Of a DNA stretch of 64,000 bases, positions 41,881 to 52,303 are shown piece by piece; the stretch's first letter is position 1, and every line of letters begins with the position of its first letter. The position numbers and the translations under genes are program-made. Below the pieces are notes generated by a model. It saw only the letters and a program-made list of their open reading frames with translations, did not search any database and had not been told where the DNA came from. Source of the DNA: Kudoa neothunni (lineage: Eukaryota; Animalia; Cnidaria); contig OZ199840.1 in the NCBI GenBank assembly GCA_964304625.1, forward strand, positions 6,885,252 to 6,949,251. The letters run 5' to 3'.

Positions 41881-42709
41881 TTTGTGTAGAGAATAGCCAA
41901 TATTATTTGTATTCGTGCATGCGCAAAGCATCGATATTGCGAGTGGTCTTGTTATTGCGCGGTAAGTTGCATTCCCCAAAGAACCTCCCTATATCAAGGC
42001 CTTACTGTAGTAAAACTGCTTTACCTCTTATAGGAACATAGGAAGTTAGGATTAGTTTTAGATTAAGCAAAAGTGTACTGAAACTTCCCATTTTGAATTC
42101 TTTTTTAGATAATGTGTAATATCTTTTTTATTATTTCCGATTGTTCCAGTCATTCCTCATTTAAGAGTTTTGGGGAAATGGAAAAAGAAGTAAAGAAATT
42201 TTCACAAATGATATTTCTCCCATCTTCCATTAATGATGACAAGATCTAGAACAATATCGTCTCAACATTTTCTGACATTGCATTATTATTTTTCTCCAAA
42301 TGCACAGGAAGGTTATGAGTGTACTTGGTCTCAGGATTGGCAAGGAGAAAATACTTAATTCGGTATATTGCCAGCTTGGACGGTATATATATATAGTGCA
42401 GAGGTAAATTTTCCCTAAAAGTAAATAGCTGCTCGAAAATGGTCGAACTCTCCTGGGATAATAAAGTTCGGAGCGACAATCAATTTAACCCTTAAAAATA
42501 TCACAAATGGGGAAGAACTTATCCATGATTCTTCAAATTTTTCTGGTTTTGAATTCTTCATAATGAATGACCCTCGACATTTGATTAAACCTATTTATGG
42601 CATAATCTTTCGAAAAATATCCCTTCGCTTTTCAACACTCCGAAGCAATTCGAATCATTATAATTAAGATTTAAAAATAGGAATACAATTATGGATTCCC
42701 AAATTAGCT

Positions 42710-45700
42710 TGTAGCGCGAGAGAAACACCAGTCTCAATTCTACAATAATCCGCCGTGCGTACCCATCGCTGACGTGGCTTCGCCACATATGCCCCCCTTT
42801 TATTTTGTTATATATAATAATCATTTAGCCACTTGGGTGCTTTAGAAATGCGGCAGCTGCGCTTCTTAACTCTTGCGTCTGGGTCCATATACGGAAGGGT
42901 ATTGTTCTGATGTGTTTTCCTTACATTTCCATTATCATCATAGGTCATAGTGGTACCATTTTTGGACAGTACTTTGAAGGGGCCTAAGAAACGTTTTGAC
43001 AAGGCGCTTTTACCTGACTGACTTTTAGTTAAAATTAGATTTGGCGTTTTCCCTTTTGCGATTGTTTTTCCTATCATAACCACTTTTTTGTTTGCGTTGC
43101 GCTTTTCGAATATTGGAATGCGTCATTCTCATCATTTTCCTCATTGAATTTTGTAGTTCTATGGCATAGGTTTCATACTTTTGGCTGTATTTATTCTCTA
43201 GAGGTTGGAGAAAGGTATCCGTGATTGAGCTTAGGTTTCTCCCGTACGTGAGCATGGCTGGAGTGTAAGCAGTACTGGCGCTAACGGTATTACGAAGTGT
43301 AAACAAGCATAATGGAAGAGCATCGTCCCATTGAAGAGATTTGGAATTGCACATTATTCTTATTTTTTCTTTGAGGCTTTTCACGTATCTCTCAGCCAAT
43401 CCATTCCCTTCTGGGTGATATGGGGTGGAACTAGTATGAGAAATACCTAATCTTCTGCAGGTCGCGTTAAACAACTCAGATTCGAATTGGGTGCCACAAT
43501 CCGTATGAATTGACTTGGGTATACCGTGGCGTGTCACAACCAAATTCAACAACTCTTTTGTAGTGGAGAGGGCGGACATATTGGGTAAAGCAGCAGCTTC
43601 CAGCCATTTTGTGAATCTATCAACAAAAATAAGTATGTATTTATTACCTGAGCTAGATTCAGGGAAGGGTCCAATGAAATCTGCATGCCAATCGGTAGCA
43701 GGACCGTTGCATCTTATCGGCGTCAGTGGTTGCTTTTTCTCATTCATCCCATATTTGTTTTGCTTACAGATTAAGCAGTTACCAACAAACGCCTTAACAT
43801 CATCGGTGAGTGTTAACCAAAAAAAATTCCGTCTGATCCTTTCTTCTGTGTTCCGCTGACCACCATGGATAGTGTCTTCCTCATGAATTTTCCTAATGAT
43901 CGGAATTTGAAGTTCCTTTGGCAATACCAGTAGCTTTCCACGTCGAGAATTGTGATATAACACGTCATTTTCCACCTCTAATTTCGCAATACGGTGATAC
44001 AATTTATTGGGTTTATTCACTTTTTGATTGGCGTTGCCGTCTTTCCTGAGGAAAGATTTGATTTCCAGCACATCCGAATCCCGATTCTGAGCTTCCACAA
44101 AGTGTTCGTTTGAAGTTAATAATGAAACGGAGTTCACGCTCCTGGAAATGGCATCCGCAATCACATTATCGTCTCCTGGTAAGTATTTTATGTCGTAATC
44201 GAATTCTTCTAATTCTAGAAGCCAGCGGCTTCGTCTTCCACGAGTGTCTTTAATTTTCAAGATGTTTGCTAAGGGGTTGTGATCCGTCCAAAAATGTAAA
44301 CTTTTTACCAAGAAGGTAATGTCTGAACTTTCGAACTGCTACCAACATCGCCATGAGTTCTTTGTCAGTAGTGCAGTAGTTCCTCTGTGCATTATTAAAT
44401 TTTTTACTTGTGTAGGCTATGACATTTTTCTTATTTCCATGATTTTGATATAATACAGCACCAATTCCAGCATTAGACGCGTCACATTCCACAACAAATG
44501 GTAGTTTGGGATTTGGGAACGATAGTGTTTGTGTATTTCTTATCTCTTGTTTTAATTTAGTAAAGCTATGCTGGGCGTCTGCAGTCCATTGAAACCTATC
44601 ATTTTGGTTCGATAGCTTGAAGAGTGGTGAGGCGATGGCTGCCATATCTTTGGTAAATTTATGTAGGAAGTTGCATGTGCCTAGAAACATTCTTAATTCC
44701 TTTGCTGAAGTGGGAGATTTCCAATCCATTATCGTTTTGACTTTTTCGGGATCTGGTGAAATACCATCGGGTGACACGATAAATCCAAGGAATTTAATTT
44801 CCTTGCTACCAAACACACATTTTTCTTTGTTCATTTTCAAGTTGTTTTCACGTAGTATGGTGAATACCTGTTTGAGGTGATTTAGGTGTTCTTCGCGTGA
44901 CGTGGAATATACGATTATATCGTCGAGATATACTAATACAAAAGGTAATTCTCCTAAGAGAGCATCCATCATCCTTTGGAAGGTTGCGGGTGCGTTCACC
45001 AAACCAAACGGCATTTTGTTGTATTCATATAGCCCAAAGCCAGGACCCAACGTGAACGCAGTTTTCTTCTTGTCTTCTCCTGCCAATGGGATTTGCCAGT
45101 AACCTGATTGTAAATCAATCGATGAAAAGTATTTTGCGCCATTCAGGTTGTCTAGGCATTCCTCAATTAGCGGCAGAGGATATTCGTCCTTTATTGTCAG
45201 TTCGTTTACCCGACGTAGATCAATACAAAATCTATACGAACCATTTTTCTTTTTTGTGAATACCACTGGAGACCTCCAAGGGCTCATCGACGGTCTTATC
45301 ACACCTGCTTGTAATTGCTCGTTCAATAATTTCCGCACTTCCGTTTGTAAGTGTAACGGAACTCTGTATGCTCTTGACACGACAGGTGTAGAGTCTTTCA
45401 ATTGGATCTTATGCACAAACCCTTTCGCTTCGCCCAGTTCAAGGTTAGAGTTTGCGAAAGTGTCGCAAAATTCGTCCAATAGTTGATCGATGGAAACAAT
45501 TTTATCCACAGTTTCAATTATGTTAACGTGTCCACTCATTGGCGACAACTTAAAGTGTTTGGACAATGTTTCGCGACCAATGATTGCATTATGGGCGAGG
45601 CTTTTTGTCACATTAGCCCAAACTTTTACTTCGCGGCCACCCACGTTGATGTACATTTCAGTTATTCCGGTAGTTTCGAGATTGGAGCCATTGGCAGTAG

Positions 45701-48700
45701 TGAACTTCTTTTGCCCAAATACCACATTTTCATGCCTTACCAGATTTTGATTTACAAAGTTACAGCAAGCGCCCGTGTCGATCAATGCCTCAAATGTGAT
45801 GAAATTACCAGGAATGCGCGCTTTTGTAAAAAAAACAAGAATAATGATCTCGACTCTCACTCCCAACACTATGAATTTTTTTAAATTTGTAACAGATTCT
45901 CTGAAGGTGTCCTCGCTGACCACATTTATTGCAGATAGCGGTTCCTCTATGTAAATAGTTGCAAATTCACGCTAAGAAAAGAGGCACGCGTTTTCAAAAT
46001 ACGATAACTAGCAGAATATAATATATAATCCCTCAAAGTGAGCGGTAAATTAATTATGTTTATTGCTTAATCTCTAGGGATATAACATCTTCCCCTCTGC
46101 TGAGAAATTGATTCCTGGTACTTTTTTGGAACAATTTTCTTTCTTGTAGGTCTTCGATTCTCTTGATGACCTGTAGTCAATGAGGTAGGACTTAACGAAT
46201 TTGGTGATGAATTGGGAGTATGGAAAGAATCTTCAGCTGATGGTCTGATTTCGGGGCTTAGCTCTAGATTGTGTGTTGTACATTTTTTCCATGGTATTAT
46301 ATCATCAATATGAACAGTCTTATGTTTATCATTAATTTGAACAGTGTATGTAACACTACCAAGTCGTCTCACTATACTAGCACTTTCAAATGTATTTGTT
46401 AAATGATTCTTTACGTTCACGATTTCTCCATCAGCAAATGACCTGAAATTATTAAAGGACTTTGGAACAATATCTTTTTCAGTTGGGGCTAGACACGAAA
46501 ATATGAACCTTGGTGGACGTTTTAAAAATCTTTTAGCTGGTGTCTCATTTGTGATGGAATGAGGAGTATTTCGATACCAAAATAGAAACTTGGTTATGTC
46601 GGTTGCAGAAATTGTTTCCTTTTTCTTCAAAAATTGTTTTAACGTTTGTACATATCTCTCCGCCATGCCATTCGATTGCGGATGATAGGGTGGAATCGTC
46701 TTATGCTTAATTTGGTAACATTTGCAAAAGTCACGAAATGTGTGACTAATGAATTGGGGACCGTTATCACTTACTATTAGTTTAGGCAAACCAAACCTAC
46801 TGAAGAAATCATTCAATCTTAGAATTGTGGTATTGGTGGTCATATCGTTCACCTTGTAAACTTCAAGCCATCGCGAATAAGCATCTACGATTATCAGAAA
46901 GTAGCATGATTTGAATTCCGCATAATCTATATGTATTCTATCCATCGGAGAAAGAGCTAGTTCCCACGATAAAAACGAGGTTTTTGGTGGTGATTTCGAA
47001 TATTTCCTGCAATTCTCACAGGCATCACACATGCTTTGAATGTCATTGTCCATTTCAGGCCACCACATATATGTTCTACACAATGATTTCAACTTTTGTG
47101 AACCGAGATGACTCCAATGTAACTCATCCAAGATATATTTTCTTAGTTTTATTGGGATTACCACTTTGCTTCCACATATTATACTACCATTTGAAATTGT
47201 TAATTCATCTTTTCGTTTGAAGTATGGCATCAATTTTGGATCCGTTTGAGTGTTTGACCAACCATTGATAATAGAATTTTTTACTAGCCTTAAAATATTA
47301 TCACTATCAGTTTCGGCTTGGACCGTTTCAGCAGATATGGGCAGGGAAGTCAAATAGGAGATTTGGAAACAATCAGATTCAATTTTGAATTCGGGATTAT
47401 TAGCCAATGGAAGTCTAGAGAGTGCATCAGCGTTGGCATTGTTTTTTCCAGAGCGAAAGGTCAGTTGGTAGTCATAATTTGATAAAAATATACTCCATCT
47501 TTGAAGTCTAGATGTAGAACTGGAAGGAATTCCCGTATTTCGTTTAAGCAATATCGATACTGGATTATTGTCAGTAAGTATAGTGAATTTCCGTCCATAC
47601 ACATAACGATGACGATGAAATTTCTTCACTGCGAATACAACAGAAAGAGCTTCTTTTTCAAGTTGGCTGTAATTTTTTTCAGCATTATTCAAGGATTTCG
47701 AAGCAAACATTATGGGTTTCTCAGAGCCATCTTTTAGAGTATGAGAGAGGACGGCGCCAACGCCGTATCCTGACGCATCGCAACTGATGCAAATAGGTAA
47801 AGCTACATCATAATATGTCAAACATTTGCTAGAAAGTAGTGCCTTCTTGGTGTTAAGAAAACGCATTTTCGCATTGCAGCGTCCAAATAAATGTTGAATT
47901 TTTCTTAAGTAGTTGATTCAAGGGATACAACAGCGTAGACAAATTGCTAATAAATTTACTGTAGTAGTTTATCAATCCCAACCATGATCTCAACTCGCCT
48001 ACGTTAGCAGGTGATGGACATTCAGTAATGGCCTTAGTTTTATCAAGCATCGGTTTTATTCCTTCAGGAGTAATAAGATGTCCCAGGTAAGATACTTCAG
48101 AAACTCCAAATTCACATTTTGTTGCGTTAGCTTTGACGTTATGTTTTTCAAGTCCTCTTCAAAACTTCATGCAATTTCCTATCATGTTCCTCTTTGGTTA
48201 CACCAGAAACAATTATGTCATCGATATAGCAGACGACTCCTTCTATTCCAATCAGAATCTGATCCATTAACTTCTGAAATATTGCAGGGTGCAACATTTA
48301 TACCATAATTTAGTCTGGTATACTGATAGAGGCCTTTATGGGGTATTAATAGTGAGGTATTTTCGATAATCCTCATGCACCTCCAGTTGTAAATACGCCA
48401 GAGAAAGGTCCAGTTTACTGAAGATAACGCCATTTTTCACGCAGTTGAAAAGATCTTCAGGTGTGGGGAGGGGATATATCTCCGCATTTAGCGCCAAATT
48501 GATACTAAGCTTGTAGTCTCCGCATATCCGTACCGAGCCATCCTTTTTTAGCACGTTGACTGTTGGTGATGCCCATTCAGCACTTTCTACTTTTTGAAGG
48601 ATACCCAGTCTTCTCAAGCTTATCTAATTCATCAGATACTTTTTTCTCCAGAGCGTACGGTACTCTTCTAGCTCTTGAAAACACAGGTGTTGCATTCGGA

Positions 48701-50808
48701 TGAACACTTAAGGATGTTTTGAATCCCTTATTGGTTTAGTTGTAGTATTTTTAAAGACTGCGGGATATGTATCAACGTAATTGTTGGGTTTGACTAGGAA
48801 ACATTTATGTATATCAATGCCAAATATGGAGATAACATCCCTTCCAAGTAATGCGTTGTTGGGTGTATCAACTACAATAACATTGACATTTGCAGTTTTA
48901 TTCTTAAACCTCATTAGGAAGGTAGTAGTCCCAACAGTTCGAAGTCTATTTCCATTGTAATCTGTTAAGATTATGTTCGACTTCGACAGCGTATTGGATT
49001 GGAAATGGCGTTCGTAGACATTTAATGGAAGGATCGTTTTAACCAGATCCCGTGTCTAATTCAAATTTGACAGGGATATTATCAAGGTATACCAGTAACA
49101 CAATAGGTGGAGAATGAGCATTCGATTGTATATTAAGAACCATCTCATCAGGATTTTCGTTATCAGAATAGTCCTCTCGCGTCGTTGGATTATCATGTGA
49201 AGGATTGCTCAGGTGATTCACATTCTTTCTTTTTGGGCTGAATTTCTTTTTCATACATGCAGCAGATATATGTCCTTTCTTATGACAGAAATCGCAGACG
49301 GAGTTTCGATATCTGCATTCGGACCGGAGATGTCCAGACTTTCCACATGTGTAGCATTTTTGAATTGTGATCTTGTTTACTGGTGGTGTGATCGTATTTG
49401 TCAGTTTCGCCGCGTTTACAGCTGCCTCTTTTTGTGCAATGTAGGTTAAGGCCTTTTCCCATGTAAGGCCTGTAATATTTAAGAGTTCCATTCTAGTGGA
49501 TTCGCAAAGTATGCCACTGACGAACCTATCTCTTAGGTTCTCTTCAAGGGTGTCTTTGTAGCCACATTGCACGCTAAGCTTTTTCAGGGCTAGTGCATAC
49601 TCGCTAGCGCTTTCGTGCTCATGCTGTAGCCGTTTGTAAAACATGCACCGTAGGGCTATTTGATTCACAGTAGATGAATAGCATCCTTTTAAGGCGAGTA
49701 CCACATCTTCAAGTGGTATATCAATAAGGTTTTTTGGAAAGACCTTAGCCTTTATATCTTTGAATACATCAACGCTTACACTACTTAGGATGATAGATTT
49801 CTGGTCTTCATCATCAAGAATCTTGTGTGCTCGGAAAGTGTGATGTAACTGTTCGAGCCAGCAGTTAATATCATCTGAACTGTTAAATGTTCGGATTTTC
49901 TTATCCATCGTCGCCCAAATGTAAATAGTTGCAAATTCACGCTAAGAAAAGAGGCACGCCGTTTTCAAAATACGATAACTAGCAGAATATAATATATAAT
50001 CCCTCAAAGTGAGCGGTAAATTAATTATGTTTATTGCTTAATCTCTAGGGATATAACACTCTACATGTCGTCGCAGTGTGTTTTGTGCCTCCACATTTGG
50101 TGCAACCCGTATTTTGTGTAGTTAGATAGGCTTTTTGTATTGTTCACAGTTGTTCTTGCCGAGATAGATGCTAACTCATCAGCATGGCGGTCTGTAATAT
50201 CTAGTGGTTGGGTATTGTTCAAGAATGATTGGGTTTTTTCAATTAGTTGGAAAATATCAGAGCTATCCACCAGTTTAAGATATGCTCGGGTCTGTTTAGG
50301 AACGCATTCATATATTTTCGGTTTTATGAAAAATTCGGCATCATCAACCGTGGCATTTGGTCTCGCGGCTCTGAACAAGTGGAGGATTCGTTGATAGAAA
50401 TCTAGCACACTTTCATTTAGTTTAATGGAAGCACGGCTGAATTCATCAAAGTAGGCTTCTTTCGATTTTAATCTGCTAGCGTAGGATTTGACGTTATTGT
50501 TCAATATCAACAGCATTTGGCTGTAGTCCGTAATGGGTAATGTCGACTCCAGTAGGTGGTTTTAGTGTTTCTCTTGAGTGACGTGGCAACGCGAGTAATG
50601 TTGCGGCATAAAGTTGTCTCTCATTCCAACCTTTGGAAATTGCATAGAGTTGTAATTCCTCCAATTGTTGGTCAATGTTCCCATCAAAGTTTATTTTTAG
50701 AGGTACTTCGTTGTTTACCTCTGACACCATTGTAGCGCGAGAGAAACACCAGTCTCAATTCTACAATAATCCGCCGTGCGTACCCATCGCTGACGTGGCT
50801 TCGCCACA
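42710..50808 (-). mobile_element. Ty3/gypsy LTR retrotransposon A (~3985 bp excluding the nested insert), 78-bp LTRs
   Basis: Identical TG..CA LTRs at 42710-42787 and 50731-50808. TSD TAGCT, PBS TGGTGTCAGAGG (tRNA-Leu type), PPT AAAAGGGGGG. Gag 50730-50061 with two CCHC knuckles, protease IDTGA, RT YLDD, RNase H CDAS and an integrase with a GPF tail. Confidence 0.97.
45950..50058 (-). mobile_element. Ty3/gypsy (Mag/K02A2.6-like) LTR retrotransposon B, 4109 bp, nested in element A
   Basis: LTRs 45950-46087 and 49920-50058 differ by one C. TSD CTCTA, PBS TGGGCGACGATGG, PPT AGAGGGGAAGA. Gag (CYTCGKSGH..C, CDFCHKKGH..C), protease LDTGS, fragmented RT, and RNase H-integrase ORF 46067-47866. Confidence 0.97.
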
Positions 50809-51534
50809 TAGCTAATAAATCTTGTTTTGAAAAGTCTTTTAAAATTGGTAAACGTGTTAATGTTTGAAATAACAGTTGAGAAAATAGATTAACCATAAAA
50901 TATGAGGAATGATCAGCTAAGAAGGCCATTCTGCTTGAAACATAAGAAATTGAACCTGGATAATTTGCCAAATAATTCGTTTAAAGTTTTAATTATTTGA
51001 AGCTTCTCAGAAAACCAATTAACATCATCCTTATCTTCGTAAATGTTTCGATAACGTTTATTATCTTCAGAAACATTAGAATGACATAAATATAAATTAT
51101 CAAAAGATATCGTAAAATTCATTGATATCGGATTCAAATTCATCCAAAATATTACGCTCAGAATAATTTATGGCAGCGTTTTACTCCTCGGTAATGATCG
51201 GTATTTAACGTGTGTATAGTTTTTTTCAATTTTTCTCTGTTTTCTCTGGACAAACTTTTATCTAATTCTCAAAATTGTTGTAAATTATTTTTCCTTGTTG
51301 TATGATAGAAAAAAACGTCGGGTCCATTAGACCCAAAAAGAAGGGATGTGTAAGTATTTTGATTATTTCGTTACCTGAAGGCACAAATTAAAATTTTCTG
51401 TTATATTTTAATAGAACTCATATTTTTAAGAGAATAGATATGATCTTAAATCAAACGATATAATATAGGTTCTCTAAAATTGATTCAAACATCCATTGGG
51501 ATCAAATGGACCCCAAAGACGCTCGGAAGGTTAA

Positions 51535-52219
51535 GCAGCATCTTACTAAAAGATCCCCTTTAGCAGTAGCAAAATTGAATGGATTAGTTCGTTTCCTGAT
51601 TTTCTCACAAAAATCCCGTTCAAGCCCAAACTTCGAAGTGCAAGTATCGCTAGATTTAGACTTTCCACCAAAATCATAATCGGAATCCAAATCACATGAG
51701 GATTCCAGTATATCATCGCACCCGACGCTGAGCCTTGGAACTCCATATTACTATCCACCAGTTCACTCTCATCAATATCGATCGTTAAATTATTAAAATA
51801 TTGCTTTAATTGCCATGATATAAATACTTCCTGTGTTACTATCGAGCAATACAATTTGATGTCAACACTGATCCTCTTGGGTCTCGCGAATACTTGGAGA
51901 AATTTAAAAACCACTAAAAATTTGAAAATATACTTCATACATAACATATTAATATTATATTTATAAATATTCACAAATATTCTTTAAAACTGACTCAATT
52001 GAAAGGATTCTTAACAAGTTGTATTTTGCATCCTACTAAAAAATGCATTTCCCAAAACCTTTGTGTGTTAAAAATTTTAGATAATACTATAAATTAATTA
52101 TAAATCTAATACGTAAAGATTATATGAACCTTTAAACGTTGTCACATTTTTATTTATAGAGAAAACCCAAAAATAACCTAAAAGGGGGTCCCGAGAGACT
52201 CAGCATCGTCCCGGAAGGG
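51535..52219 (-). mobile_element. 5' end of a further piggyBac, cut at TTAA by the element ending at 51530
   Basis: Terminus CCCTTCCGGGACG at 52219 (flank TTAG). Acidic/Ser-rich text followed by TSKFGL..N..KG, like the piggyBac N-terminus at 12348-12560 (TSKNGITW..NI..G). Confidence 0.45.
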
Positions 52220-52303
52220 TTAGTGACATCGATGGGAACCAATTTATTGATGCTTGTTTACTTGTTTGTTTCTCATTTTAAAACTTTATTTCGCGCTTAT
52301 AAA

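Larger units (their letters stand above)
33428..41898 (-). mobile_element. Merlin transposon interrupted by an LTR retrotransposon (in the ORF) and a MULE (in the TIR)
   Basis: Left TIR GGCCATTCTTTACAAAACGGGACTG. The right TIR is restored as GGCTATTCTCTACACAAAACGGGACTG after removing 38588-41889. Transposase pieces 38320-38538 and ~33510-34203 are homologous to 8274-9194. Confidence 0.85.
42100..51530 (-). mobile_element. Decayed piggyBac hosting the nested LTR elements
   Basis: TIR CCTTCCGAGCG with TTAA at 51530-51534. N-terminal remnant at 50813-51300. The core continues left of the LTR insertion (DKFFPI, EQLFTFR, YIPSKLAIYRIKYFLLA at ~42250-42530). 3' end not located. Confidence 0.75.

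Noticed and set aside
45805-45900. Programmed -1 gag-pol frameshift in element A
   Set aside because: Pol is +1 relative to gag, and one fewer T in a T8 run fuses the frames, so a homopolymer error is simpler.
34572-50394. Many plus-strand ORFs antisense to gag/pol
   Set aside because: They have no recognisable motifs and are expected shadows of the coding strand.
51546-51974. ORF with a signal-peptide-like start (MKYIFKFLVVFKFLQVFA)
   Set aside because: It lies just inside a piggyBac-like terminus, and the overlapping frame resembles a transposase N-terminus. The hydrophobicity is explained by AT-rich codons.
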